Shown here in pieces: positions 46,460-56,040 of a stretch of 64,000 nucleotides of DNA. The notes under the pieces are model-generated. The model had not been told where the DNA came from. It worked only from the letters and a program-made list of their open reading frames with translations, and ran no database searches. The position numbers and the translations under genes are program-made. Origin of the DNA: Candidatus Kaiserbacteria bacterium CG10_big_fil_rev_8_21_14_0_10_47_16 (GTDB lineage Bacteria > Patescibacteriota > Minisyncoccia > Phycocordibacterales > UBA918); the NCBI GenBank assembly GCA_002773395.1, contig PFBI01000006.1, positions 335,860 to 399,859 of the forward strand, read 5' to 3'. Each line of letters begins with the position of its first letter. The first letter of the stretch is position 1.

Positions 46460-46915
46460 TTGATACAATGGGGCAACATGGAAACTCGCACCATACAAAG
46501 TCTTGTAGAGCTCGACTCATTTGCCGATGAGATTATTTCGATTCTTCCACAACGGGAAGGGGCGAATGTACTTCTTCTCAAAGGGGATCTCGGCGCAGGG
46601 AAGACAACATTCACTCAAATTCTTGCAAAGAAGCTTGGTGTTGCAGAACATGTGGTGAGCCCAACATTCATGATTATGCGAACATATGAAGGGCACCACG
46701 ATTTGTGCAAAAAGTTCGTACACATTGATGCCTACCGCATCGAGGATATTTCTGAAGTCGAAGTATTGCGCATCCCGGAATTATTTACAGAGACAGGGAC
46801 CGTCGTGTGTATTGAGTGGCCAGAGCGTATTCCTGAAGTACTCCCGCAAAACGCGCTGACCATTTCTTTTGCGATCGCAGAGGGTGAGTCACGCACCGTC
46901 ACCTATGGCAGCTAA
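46460..46915 (+). CDS. tsaE: tRNA t6A37 threonylcarbamoyladenosine biosynthesis protein TsaE
   Basis: P-loop GDLGAGKTTF and a length of about 150 aa, typical of YjeE/TsaE. Confidence 0.8.
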   Translation: MIQWGNMETRTIQSLVELDSFADEIISILPQREGANVLLLKGDLGAGKTTFTQILAKKLGVAEHVVSPTFMIMRTYEGHHDLCKKFVHIDAYRIEDISEVEVLRIPELFTETGTVVCIEWPERIPEVLPQNALTISFAIAEGESRTVTYGS

Positions 46916-49322
46916 AAAACCAACGAAAACAAAAAAGGTCGCAAAGGAAAAACCACCAACACTGGTACTCCTTGATGCGCATGCAATTTTGCACCGCGCG
47001 TATCATGCACTTCCGGACTTCGCGTCCCCGACAGGTGAGCCGACGGGAGCACTCTATGGTGTTGTTTCAATGCTTCTTAAAATAGTCGAAGATGTGAAGC
47101 CGGATTATATTGTTGCGTGTTACGACCTCCCAGAACCAACCTATCGCCACGAAGCCTTTGAAGGCTATAAGGCAGGACGAGTGAAAATGGATGATGCGCT
47201 CGCGCGACAGATTGATCGTTCGCGCGATGTATTTGAAGCGTTTGGTATTCGTATTTATGAAGCGGCAGGGTTTGAGGCGGACGATATTCTCGGCACCATT
47301 GCAGAACAGTCAAAAGATTTTAAAGACCTTCACGTCATTATTGCGTCAGGCGATATGGACACGCTGCAACTCATCGAGAAGAAGCGGGTGCAGGTGTATA
47401 CCTTGCGAAAAGGTATTAAGGACACGATTCTTTATGACGAGAAAGGTGTGAAAGACCGCTTTGGATTTGGACCATTGCTCATTCCAGATTTCAAAGGACT
47501 CCGCGGTGACCCGTCGGACAATATCCCCGGCATTGTTGGCATCGGAGAAAAAACGGCAACCGAGCTCATCACGCAATTCGGCGGCATCGATGATTTGTAT
47601 AAAAAATTAAAAAAGGATCCGAATGCGTTTGAGAAAGCGGGCATTAAAGCGCGCATGATTAACCTTCTTACCGAAGGGGAAGAGGAGGCGCAGTTTTCAA
47701 AAATGCTCGCAACGATTCGAAGGGACGCGCCAATTGAGTTTGAACTTCCCGAAGGGACATGGCGGGACAAACTTGATGTGGAAGTAATTCTCCAACTTTT
47801 TGCGGAGCTCGGATTCCGTACGCTTGGCGGCCGCGTGAAAGCGCTCTTTGGCGGCAAGGATGTTATGAATCTCACTGATGAGGGAGAAGTTGTTCCGGAA
47901 GACGACTTACAAAAGACCGCAATTGCACTCTGGATTCTTGAATCAGACACAACGAATCCAACACTTGATGATATTTTGTCGTACGCACGTGGTCGCGGTC
48001 AGGAAGCAACGTATGCCGTTGCGAAGAAACTCATTTTCGATGAACTTAAAGAACAGAAGCTCAATAAACTCTACGAGGAGATGGAACTCCCGCTCATTGA
48101 GGTAGTTGATCGTATGCATGAAGTGGGTATTAAGCTTGATACTGCCTATCTCGCAAAGATTTCAAAGAAATTCCACACCGAGCTCGCGGGACTTGAAAAG
48201 CGCATTTATAAACTTGCGACCGTTGAATTCAATATAAACTCGCCGAAGCAACTCGGCGACGTGCTCTATGATACGCTCGGACTCAAAGCGAAGAATCAAA
48301 AGAAAACGGCAACAGGGCAACGTTCAACACGTGAATCAGAACTCGAGAAGCTTCGTGAGGTGCACGATATTATTCCTGAGATACTTCGCTACCGAGAATT
48401 ACAAAAGCTCGTCTCAACATACGTGGACACACTTCCGACGACAGTGGGGAAGGATGGTCGTGTACACACAACATTCCTGCAAGCGGGAACGGTAACGGGA
48501 CGTATGGGTTCAAAAGACCCAAATATGCAGAACATCCCAATGCGTACCGACGAAGGTCGGGCGATACGCCGCGCGTTTGTTGCTGAAAAGGGCTACAAAC
48601 TTGTTGCGATAGACTACTCGCAGATTGAATTGCGCATCGCTGCATTCCTCTCAAAGGATGCAAAGATGATGGAGATTTTTAAACGAGGTGAAGATGTTCA
48701 TACGGGAGTTGCGGTACGAGTGTTTGGGGTACATGCAGATGATGTGACGCCCGATATGCGTCGACGCGCAAAGGTCATTAACTTCGGGATTCTCTACGGA
48801 ATGGGCGTCAATGCGCTCAGGCAGAATCTTGGTGGGGAAACATCTCGTGAAGAAGCGCAGGAGTTTCTCAATGCATACTTCAATACCTTCACACGCCTCG
48901 CTGAGTATCTGGAAGAGGTGAAGGTGAATGCGCGGAAGACGCGCTACACCGAAACACTCTTTGGTCGCCGCCGTCACTTTCCAGGGATTGCATCGAGTTT
49001 GCCGTTTATCCGTGCGCAGGCAGAACGCATGGCGATCAACGCGCCGATTCAGGGAACAGAAGGAGATATTGTTCGTATTGCCATGAACGAGGTGCACTAC
49101 TACTTCAAAGAAAAGAAGATGCTTGATGATGTACGACTCCTGCTTCAGGTGCATGACGAACTCGTATTTGAAATCAAAGAGGAATTGGTAGAGAAAGTCC
49201 TCCCTGAAATCACCAGTCGCATGACGAGTGTCGTGTCCGAGAAGGATAGTCACGGCGTGCCGATTGATGTGGAGACGAAGATTGGCAACAACTGGGAAGA
49301 GATGGCGAAAGTTTTGAAATAA
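46905..49322 (+). CDS. polA: DNA polymerase I (5'-3' exonuclease plus polymerase domains; short form)
   Basis: N-terminal FEN-like domain, and PolA motifs A (DYSQIELR), B (RRxxKxxNFGxxYG) and C (VHDE). The likely start is the internal Met at 46905, overlapping the tsaE end. Confidence 0.9.
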   Translation: MAAKKPTKTKKVAKEKPPTLVLLDAHAILHRAYHALPDFASPTGEPTGALYGVVSMLLKIVEDVKPDYIVACYDLPEPTYRHEAFEGYKAGRVKMDDALARQIDRSRDVFEAFGIRIYEAAGFEADDILGTIAEQSKDFKDLHVIIASGDMDTLQLIEKKRVQVYTLRKGIKDTILYDEKGVKDRFGFGPLLIPDFKGLRGDPSDNIPGIVGIGEKTATELITQFGGIDDLYKKLKKDPNAFEKAGIKARMINLLTEGEEEAQFSKMLATIRRDAPIEFELPEGTWRDKLDVEVILQLFAELGFRTLGGRVKALFGGKDVMNLTDEGEVVPEDDLQKTAIALWILESDTTNPTLDDILSYARGRGQEATYAVAKKLIFDELKEQKLNKLYEEMELPLIEVVDRMHEVGIKLDTAYLAKISKKFHTELAGLEKRIYKLATVEFNINSPKQLGDVLYDTLGLKAKNQKKTATGQRSTRESELEKLREVHDIIPEILRYRELQKLVSTYVDTLPTTVGKDGRVHTTFLQAGTVTGRMGSKDPNMQNIPMRTDEGRAIRRAFVAEKGYKLVAIDYSQIELRIAAFLSKDAKMMEIFKRGEDVHTGVAVRVFGVHADDVTPDMRRRAKVINFGILYGMGVNALRQNLGGETSREEAQEFLNAYFNTFTRLAEYLEEVKVNARKTRYTETLFGRRRHFPGIASSLPFIRAQAERMAINAPIQGTEGDIVRIAMNEVHYYFKEKKMLDDVRLLLQVHDELVFEIKEELVEKVLPEITSRMTSVVSEKDSHGVPIDVETKIGNNWEEMAKVLK

Positions 49323-49455
49323 GCCAATGTGCTTTGTCGTGACTACGATCTTGTCAGCACGGTACGTCTCTGTACCGCTTTCTCCAAGATCTTGTCGCTT
49401 CGCGCCCCTCGGCCCATTTCAAAACTTTCGCAAACAAGGGTAATATTACGACAAC

Positions 49456-50157
49456 ATGCTTTATAGCTTTTTTGGTACAGATGTTGTGGGAGTTCGAGAA
49501 AAAGCACATGCGTTTATGCATGGGCGAGAAGAGCAGGGGGTAAGTTCGGTGCGCATCACTCCTGAGAACTGGAGTACTTCTGGCGTTGAGGATGCAGCGG
49601 GCAGTCTGTCGCTCTTTGGCGGCGAACAGCTCTACATCGTTGATACTCCGTCGGGAGATAAGGAGATGCTCGAGTACATATTTGAAAATCTTGACATGCT
49701 CGCGGAGTCACCAAACACATTTGTACTTATTGAAGAAGGACTTCTCGCAGCGCCGAAGAAGAAGCTCCAAAAATATTCGGCAGAAGCGGTTGAAGTAACT
49801 GCAGGGAAGGTTGAACGTTTCAATGTATTTGCGCTCACGGATGCCCTCTCTCGGCGTGATAAGAAATCACTCTGGATATTATTGCAGCAAGCAAAACAGA
49901 ATGGTCTTTCCGAAGAAGAAATTATCGGGACACTCTTCTGGCAATTAAAGACGATGCGACTGGTGGCACACTCGAGAAGTGCTGAAGAGGCAGAGCTGAA
50001 ACCATTTGTATACAGTAAGACAAAGAGTGCAAACGCGAAGTTTAAAGAAGAGGAGGTGGATTTGGTTACACGAGAACTCGTTCGAGTCTATCACGATGGA
50101 CATTTAGGGAAACGCGATATCGCCATCTCACTGGAGAAGTGGGTACTCGCGCTCTAG
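49456..50157 (+). CDS. holA: DNA polymerase III delta subunit-like (short HolA)
   Basis: Motif parallels with E. coli HolA: SLSLFGGEQLYIVD vs AMSLFASRQTLLLLL, NTFVLIEEG vs DLLLIVRGN, and ILLQQAKQNGLSEEEIIGTLFWQLKTMRL vs ILQQLRLEGSEPVILLRTLQRELLLL. Confidence 0.5.
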   Translation: MLYSFFGTDVVGVREKAHAFMHGREEQGVSSVRITPENWSTSGVEDAAGSLSLFGGEQLYIVDTPSGDKEMLEYIFENLDMLAESPNTFVLIEEGLLAAPKKKLQKYSAEAVEVTAGKVERFNVFALTDALSRRDKKSLWILLQQAKQNGLSEEEIIGTLFWQLKTMRLVAHSRSAEEAELKPFVYSKTKSANAKFKEEEVDLVTRELVRVYHDGHLGKRDIAISLEKWVLAL

Positions 50158-50215
50158 TTGACGCAGTTGTTTGAAAAACGTAAGCTTCAATTCAGCACAG
50201 TAACGGAGAGGAAAT

Positions 50216-50701
50216 ATGCCTAGTAAGAAATGTGACAACACAAGCGTCGGAATCATCACGTTCGTTGACGGGGCACTGCTCCTGATTGATCGGGCGAAAC
50301 CGCCATTCGGGCTTGCGGCACCGGCAGGGCACGTTGACGACCACGGAAATCCGGATGATAGCCAGGAGCGCCGGTTTGGAGCTGCTGCTCGGGAAGAGTT
50401 GCAAGAAGAGACAGGTCTCATTGTGACGAAACTAATGCTGATCGGGAAAGGTGTCAAAGAAAACCCGTGTCGGCGTGAAGGAGGAAGCTGGCACTATTGG
50501 CAAATCTATCTTGCAGAAACGGAAGGCGAGATACGTCCCAGTGAAGAAGAGACGAAAGGCTATCGTCTGTTCACGAAAGAAGAGACGAAGCAGCTTCTTG
50601 CCGGAGGCACCTTTGAAATGGCGCACGGTGAAGTCTCTCTTGAACCAGTATGGCAAGACTGGTTCATGGAGCTGAAGATTCTCAACTGGTTCCGTCCATA
50701 A
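50216..50701 (+). CDS. NUDIX hydrolase
   Basis: Nudix box GHVDDHGNPDDSQERRFGAAAREELQEETGL. Local GC appears elevated. Confidence 0.75.
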   Translation: MPSKKCDNTSVGIITFVDGALLLIDRAKPPFGLAAPAGHVDDHGNPDDSQERRFGAAAREELQEETGLIVTKLMLIGKGVKENPCRREGGSWHYWQIYLAETEGEIRPSEEETKGYRLFTKEETKQLLAGGTFEMAHGEVSLEPVWQDWFMELKILNWFRP

Positions 50702-50756
50702 CAGGTAAGGGCCGTCGCTCCGCGACGGCCCTTTTGTTTTTTGGTACTATATTTAT

Positions 50757-51221
50757 ATGAAACTCACACTTTGTGGCAGCATAGCCTTTTATCCTGAATT
50801 TGAGCACGCGCGCGACGAACTTGTAAAACTTGGGCACGAAGTACAGATTCCCGAACTTACAAAAGAAGCCCCCGAAGAATTTGGAGGCGGGAAGAAAGTA
50901 TATTTAGCCAAATATATCGAAGAAAATGGAGGTATTGATATGTTTCCCGCAGATCACCACATGTGGGGTGTAAAGACAGAGGCAATTAGAGACCATTTTG
51001 ACAAAATTGATTGGTGTGAGGGGATAGTAGTTATTAACCCCGAAAAGCGGGGAGTTCAAGGATATGTTGGAGGGAATACACTTATTGAAATTGGCGTTGC
51101 CTTTTATCTTAAAAAGAAAATTTATATTCTCAATGATGTTTCTTCCGAACTCTCATACAAACAAGAAGTGAGGGCTATGCAACCGGTGATGCTTGAGGGC
51201 GATATATCGAAAGTGAAGTAG
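50757..51221 (+). CDS. Hypothetical protein
   Basis: A 154 aa ORF with no confident family. There is a faint resemblance to nucleoside 2-deoxyribosyltransferase-like folds. Confidence 0.45.
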   Translation: MKLTLCGSIAFYPEFEHARDELVKLGHEVQIPELTKEAPEEFGGGKKVYLAKYIEENGGIDMFPADHHMWGVKTEAIRDHFDKIDWCEGIVVINPEKRGVQGYVGGNTLIEIGVAFYLKKKIYILNDVSSELSYKQEVRAMQPVMLEGDISKVK

Positions 51222-51263
51222 TTCGACAAGAGCGCTCACTATGTTATAGTTTTCGACACATTC

Positions 51264-51336
51264 CCGCCCATAGCTCAGTTGGTAGAGCAGCTCCCTTTTA
51301 AGGAGAAGGTCCTAGGTTCGAGCCCTAGTGGGCGGA
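51264..51336 (+). tRNA. tRNA-Lys (anticodon UUU)
   Basis: Acceptor CCGCCCA/TGGGCGG, D-arm GCTC-AGTTGGTA-GAGC, anticodon loop CTTTTAA giving TTT, T-arm CTAGG-TTCGAGC-CCTAG, discriminator A. Confidence 0.8.
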
Positions 51337-51342
51337 CTCGAG

Positions 51343-51383
51343 TAAAAGAAAACATCAGTCTTAAAGGCTGATGTTTTCTTTTA
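51343..51383. terminator. Bidirectional terminator after tRNA-Lys (GAAAACATCAG-TCTTAAAGG-CTGATGTTTTC)
   Basis: 11-bp stem with flanking A and T runs. Confidence 0.6.
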
Positions 51384-51534
51384 GTACACAAACTGCTTTG
51401 TGTACGACCCGAGTCCGAACCGGAATCATGCCGGAGGCAGATGAGGTGGGGTCGCAGGCCTGACGAAGGAAGGACCTGTGACGACAAAGTTATTCGTGAA
51501 CTAGATTTGGAAGCCAATCCTGTGACGACAAACA

Positions 51535-51774
51535 TCACTGTCCAATAATTTGAAATAGTGCAGCCAAGGCAATTATTGCCCATATAATATTAAGTACGCC
51601 TGGCTGGTATGCTTTTTTATAAAAAGAGAGAACAACAATACCAAGGGCGCCAGTTCCGTTGAGAAATTGATACCAAAACGCAGTGGGTTCAAGTATGGAG
51701 AAGCTTACTAAAAAATATGCCAAAACAATTGCGGCTGTTCCATACCACCCAAAAAGTTCAATGAAAAGTTTCAT
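51535..51774 (-). CDS. Hypothetical small membrane protein (79 aa, 2-3 TM)
   Basis: ORF with hydrophobic helices. Confidence 0.45.
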   Translation of the reverse strand: MKLFIELFGWYGTAAIVLAYFLVSFSILEPTAFWYQFLNGTGALGIVVLSFYKKAYQPGVLNIIWAIIALAALFQIIGQ

Positions 51775-51783
51775 GGTAAGAAA

Positions 51784-52155
51784 TTATATCGGTAAATCAA
51801 AGGCGAAGACTCCTCCGCCGGTGATAAAGAGTGAAAGTGCGGTAGCGAGGAGGAGTGTATAGAAAAGGGCGTTCTGTATGTACGCTGATCGGAGACGTTT
51901 CGCAAAGATAATTCCAAGAAGTGAGAGGAGCATGACGGCGAGCGCAGCAATCTGTGTGTAAAAACCAAGTACGAGCATTGCGCCACTTACGAGCTCAACT
52001 GCAGCAAGAGCTACACCAACCTTCGCAGGGAAGGGGAGTTCATGTTTGCGCACGAGGTGGGTGTAGCCAAAGTACACGAGTATTGTTCCTACGAAAAAGC
52101 GAAGGATGAGATAGGCAAAGAGTGCGAGGAATTGTATTGGAAATGGATTAAGCAT
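51784..52155 (-). CDS. DoxX family membrane protein
   Basis: Four TM helices with DoxX-like spacing. The likely start is the Met at 52155 (MLNPFPIQFLALFAY...); the track ORF is longer. Confidence 0.6.
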   Translation of the reverse strand: MLNPFPIQFLALFAYLILRFFVGTILVYFGYTHLVRKHELPFPAKVGVALAAVELVSGAMLVLGFYTQIAALAVMLLSLLGIIFAKRLRSAYIQNALFYTLLLATALSLFITGGGVFAFDLPI

Positions 52156-52635
52156 ATGATTTCTGATAGTGTAGCATGCATGAATACATACGTAATTCTC
52201 CATAATGTGCGTAGCGCACACAACGTCGGTTCGGCCTTTCGGACTGCGGATGGCGCCGGTGTGAGTAAGATATTTTTAACGGGGTATACACCGGCGCCCA
52301 TTGATCGCTTTGGGAGGGTTGTTCCAGAAATTTTAAAAACATCGCTCGGTGCTACAAAGAGTGTTGAGTGGGAGGCGAGTGAAAATATCGAAGACATTTT
52401 CACTCGTCTTAAAGCAGAAGGAGTCACTCTCGTCGCGGTTGAGCAAACAGAGCACTCAATTGATTATAAAACGTTTACACCAAACGGTGACGTTGCGTAT
52501 ATTTTTGGAAATGAGATCGACGGAGTGCCAAAAGACGTCTGCAGTGCGGCGGACGTGGTTATTGATATTCCTATGAACGGAGTGAAGGAGTCGCTCAACG
52601 TCTCGGTAACGGTTGGGATTATTCTGTTTCGTTAG
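52156..52635 (+). CDS. SpoU/TrmH-family RNA 2'-O-methyltransferase
   Basis: SPOUT motifs (VILHNVRSAHNVGSAFRTADGAG, IFGNEIDGV, ESLNVSVTVGIILF). The start is the Met at 52156 or 52180; the track ORF begins at 52042. Confidence 0.75.
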   Translation: MISDSVACMNTYVILHNVRSAHNVGSAFRTADGAGVSKIFLTGYTPAPIDRFGRVVPEILKTSLGATKSVEWEASENIEDIFTRLKAEGVTLVAVEQTEHSIDYKTFTPNGDVAYIFGNEIDGVPKDVCSAADVVIDIPMNGVKESLNVSVTVGIILFR

Positions 52636-53905
52636 CGAGAGCGCCCATTTCTTGCTGGACTACCTTCGCATCACTCCATGGCATCTTTGTATTGTGTGGG
52701 CCCATGATATACGGGTCTGTTCCTTTGCCGCTAATTAAGACAACACCGCCGTCAGGAGCACCTTGCAGTGCAGCGCGAATTGCTTCACGTCTATCCATAA
52801 TAATTTCAAGCTTTGATTCGTCTTCAACACCGCGAACCATATCGTTGATAATCTTTCGCGGGTCCTCATCGTATGGATCTTCGTTGGTGAGAATAATCTT
52901 CTCACAGTATTCAGATGCGATACGTCCCATTTCAGGACGCTTCCACGTGTCGCGGCCACCGCCCGTATTTCCAAGGACACAGACCTTTACATCTTTCGGA
53001 AACGCTTGGTAGAGCTTTTCGAGTGAGTCGGGTGTGTGGGCGTAATCAACAACAGCCGTTACCTTTTTCTTCGAACCGGCAGGCATTTTAAATCGCTCTA
53101 CGCGGCCTTTAACAGGAGAGAGTTCCGCCAACGCTTTTGCGATGGTTGGAAGTGGAATACAGAATGCACGCGCGACGGTGATCGCAGCAAGTGCATTGTA
53201 TACATTGAAGAGTCCTACAAGTGGTACGCGAATGGTGGTTCCTTCAAGAACGAGACTCACATCCTCTCGGTTGAGCGTGTGGAGTTCCAAATCCTCGAGT
53301 GAGTAGGGGAGAGAATGCTCAACATGCGCCTTGAGGAAGTCAGACCCGTGGTCGTCATCTGCATTTGCTACCATAAAGCGTGGGCGTTTTTTTGATACTT
53401 CAAGAGCTTCAGCGAGTTTGAGTTTCGCTGCAATGTATTTTTCGTATGATCCATGCGACTCAATGTGTTCTGGCGATAGGTTTGTGAACACGAGCGCGTC
53501 GAGATGGATGAAACTGTGTCGAAACTGTTTTACACCTTCGGATGTCATTTCAATAATGGCAACTTCACAGCCCGCGTCCACTGCATCACGGAGAAATTTT
53601 TGTACAAAGAAACGACCCGGCATCGTCATCTTGTACATATTGCGTTCGCTCTTTTCTCCGATCTTAAATCTGATCGTTCCGGCAACTGCGGTCCGATGTC
53701 CGTCAGCTTCAAAGATTGCATTGATAAGCTCAACGGTCGTTGATTTACCTTTCGTACCGGTTACACCAATAACAGTGATTTCTTTTGACGGAATGCGATA
53801 GATGACCGCGCCGAGTACGGCAAAACAATAATGGTATGCGGGCTGCAGGAGTCTAAATAACGGTGTCGGTATGAGTCGTTTGATGTAGTACAGTAGTGTT
53901 CCCAT
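52619..53905 (-). CDS. Mur ligase family protein (MurE-like UDP-MurNAc-tripeptide synthetase lacking the N-terminal domain)
   Basis: P-loop GVTGTKGKSTT, Mur ligase central and C-terminal domains, and a DNPR-like region. Confidence 0.75.
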   Translation of the reverse strand: MGTLLYYIKRLIPTPLFRLLQPAYHYCFAVLGAVIYRIPSKEITVIGVTGTKGKSTTVELINAIFEADGHRTAVAGTIRFKIGEKSERNMYKMTMPGRFFVQKFLRDAVDAGCEVAIIEMTSEGVKQFRHSFIHLDALVFTNLSPEHIESHGSYEKYIAAKLKLAEALEVSKKRPRFMVANADDDHGSDFLKAHVEHSLPYSLEDLELHTLNREDVSLVLEGTTIRVPLVGLFNVYNALAAITVARAFCIPLPTIAKALAELSPVKGRVERFKMPAGSKKKVTAVVDYAHTPDSLEKLYQAFPKDVKVCVLGNTGGGRDTWKRPEMGRIASEYCEKIILTNEDPYDEDPRKIINDMVRGVEDESKLEIIMDRREAIRAALQGAPDGGVVLISGKGTDPYIMGPHNTKMPWSDAKVVQQEMGALANETE

Positions 53906-53969
53906 AATAAATAGATTGGCACTAAACTCCAGTATAAAGGTTTATTGGTATCGACAGAAGGGAAAAGTG

Positions 53970-54542
53970 TTATTTCCCAAGAATCTGAAGCGCAGCTTTA
54001 ATGCGGGCATTCGTTTCCGTGATGTCCTCAGCAATGACGGCGAGGACGTCTCGCGCATCGCGCTGAGTATACCCAAGCGCAATGAGCGCATCAAGAACAT
54101 CGCTGTCACCGCTGTGTATATGTGGTGCAGGAGAATCGTCCCGTGTGAAGGCGTGCATTTTATCTTTGAGCTCAAGGATTATTTTTTCGGCAGTCTTTTT
54201 CCCGATGCCGGACATCTTTGCGAGATACGAGGCGTCTTGTTTTGCGATTGCAGTATGGAGCAGTTTTATATCGGCCTGCGAAAGAATTTGGAGTGCTGAT
54301 TTCGGACCAATCTTAGGCAAGGTAAGAAGGAGCTCAAACATCGCGAGTTCATCGTCGGTAATAAACCCATAGAGGTCGAGCGCGTTCTCGCGCACCGCAA
54401 GGTGTGTGTAGAGGCGAACAGATTCACCGAGTGCAGGGTGCGTGTGCGCAGGCATTGCCACCTTGTAGCCGATACCGCCTATCTCAATAACGACAAATTC
54501 AGCGCAACTTTCAATAATAGTGCCAGAAAGACTTCGAATCAT
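53970..54542 (-). CDS. ruvA: Holliday junction DNA helicase RuvA
   Basis: OB-fold N-terminus, two HhH motifs (LLTLPKIGPKSA..., MSGIGKKTAEKI) and a C-terminal domain III. Confidence 0.85.
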   Translation of the reverse strand: MIRSLSGTIIESCAEFVVIEIGGIGYKVAMPAHTHPALGESVRLYTHLAVRENALDLYGFITDDELAMFELLLTLPKIGPKSALQILSQADIKLLHTAIAKQDASYLAKMSGIGKKTAEKIILELKDKMHAFTRDDSPAPHIHSGDSDVLDALIALGYTQRDARDVLAVIAEDITETNARIKAALQILGK

Positions 54543-54608
54543 ATTCTCAGTATACGCGATTGGAGAAGACTATTGTACCCATCACCGTGGTGGTACAATG
54601 TTTTCCAT

Positions 54609-55949
54609 ATGAAAGCCATCATTCGAAATATCGTTATTGTGCCAGTTCTTGCACTCAGTCTTATAACGCCAGCGCTCGCTCAAACCACTACGCCGACAGA
54701 AAATGCACCCGAAGCGCCGAAAGGATTGCCGGCATGCGGTGCGTGGTATCAGTCTAATAAAACCCCAATCGCACTTACTGCGAGCGCAGAATCGGTGGCT
54801 GCGGGCGAGACGGTTTCATTTTCAGGAACCCTCACCAATGAAGCGCCATATGCAATTGCAGATATGAATGTGTACGTAAAGGTATTTCGCGACCGCACAC
54901 CAGGAGCGCGTGATGTAAATGGACCTGACGTTGTCGATTGGTTCCATGCGGTGTCAGACATTTCTCTGAAAGCGGGGGAGTCACGGTGGGTAACTATTTC
55001 ATGGAAGGTGCCGACAGGAGCACAACCGGGGCGATATACACTCGGTACCTATGTGACCGGTTCGGATCAGTTCGATCTCCAAGGCCTCACTTTTTCTGAT
55101 GACGCTGTGGGGAACATTACGAACTTCACTGTTACCGGTGACGATAATGGTGCGCTCGTTTTTGATAAAACATCAGTAACCGTAGCGGGGCAACCCTTCT
55201 ACTTTGCAACCTTCCCGCCCGTTGTGCTCGCGACGAGTTCGGTGGTCATTACTGCCGATATTGCAAACAGTATGGAAGATACGGTCAGAGGGACAGTTAC
55301 GTGGAAGTTGTACTCATGGGACGGCATTAGTGAAGATCGGCTCATTGAAGAATCGCACGATGACATTACACTCCCAACAAAATCAAAAGCAGCGCTGACG
55401 TATACCGTGACGGACACTGCGCACAGCGTGTACTACCTTGTGGGTGACGTTGTTGCAGAAAATGGAACGCGTTCCGTCATTGGCGCACGCTTCCTCCGTA
55501 ATGGTGTTGATGAACCGCGCTTCTCTGCAGCAGGCTCAGATTATCCGCTCGTTGGAGGAGAGAGTAAGCTCTTTGTCTGCGCGCAGAATGCAGGAAACCG
55601 TATTGCGAAAGACGTTGTCTTCAGTGTACTCGTTGTGCCACATGGGGTACGCAGCCTTTTCGGCCCTGTTGCGGAAGCGACATACGAAGGAGGATTTCCT
55701 CCGAGCGCACTCGCGTTGCCACTGCAAGCACAAAAGTCAGCAACATCATTTGATGTTATTGCACGCCTCACACAGAATGGCACGGTCATTGATTCGATCA
55801 CCATTCCATATAGTTGTAGTGCCCTTGGAACACCCTGCAATATTCTTGATACATGGTATTTACTCTACGTGGCACTAATTCTCGTTCTTCTCATTGCGCT
55901 CGCGCTCTATATACGTACACGTCGCCGTAAAAAAAGAATGTACACGTAG
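54609..55949 (+). CDS. Hypothetical cell-surface protein (signal peptide, beta-rich ectodomain, C-terminal TM anchor with a basic tail)
   Basis: N-terminal MKAIIRNIVIVPVLALSLITPALA and C-terminal LLYVALILVLLIALALYIRTRRRKKR. The track ORF begins at 54402, overlapping ruvA. Confidence 0.55.
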   Translation: MKAIIRNIVIVPVLALSLITPALAQTTTPTENAPEAPKGLPACGAWYQSNKTPIALTASAESVAAGETVSFSGTLTNEAPYAIADMNVYVKVFRDRTPGARDVNGPDVVDWFHAVSDISLKAGESRWVTISWKVPTGAQPGRYTLGTYVTGSDQFDLQGLTFSDDAVGNITNFTVTGDDNGALVFDKTSVTVAGQPFYFATFPPVVLATSSVVITADIANSMEDTVRGTVTWKLYSWDGISEDRLIEESHDDITLPTKSKAALTYTVTDTAHSVYYLVGDVVAENGTRSVIGARFLRNGVDEPRFSAAGSDYPLVGGESKLFVCAQNAGNRIAKDVVFSVLVVPHGVRSLFGPVAEATYEGGFPPSALALPLQAQKSATSFDVIARLTQNGTVIDSITIPYSCSALGTPCNILDTWYLLYVALILVLLIALALYIRTRRRKKRMYT

Positions 55950-56040
55950 TGTGTAGACGTGTGCTTGTCCCCAAAATAACGATACGTATGTGTATCGGCA
56001 AAGTGCTACACTAAGTAAAACGTGCTCGCACGTGTATTGT

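Noticed and set aside
49323-49455. Repeated GATCTTGTC plus hairpin in the polA-holA spacer as a special element
   Set aside because: It is consistent with an ordinary terminator hairpin (CGGTAC-GTCTCT-GTACCG) plus short chance repeats, with no further support.
54402-54608. Upstream part of ORF 54402-55949 overlapping ruvA
   Set aside because: There is a signal peptide at the internal Met (MKAIIRNIVIVPVLALSL...), and the overlap with the ruvA coding region on the other strand makes the long start implausible.
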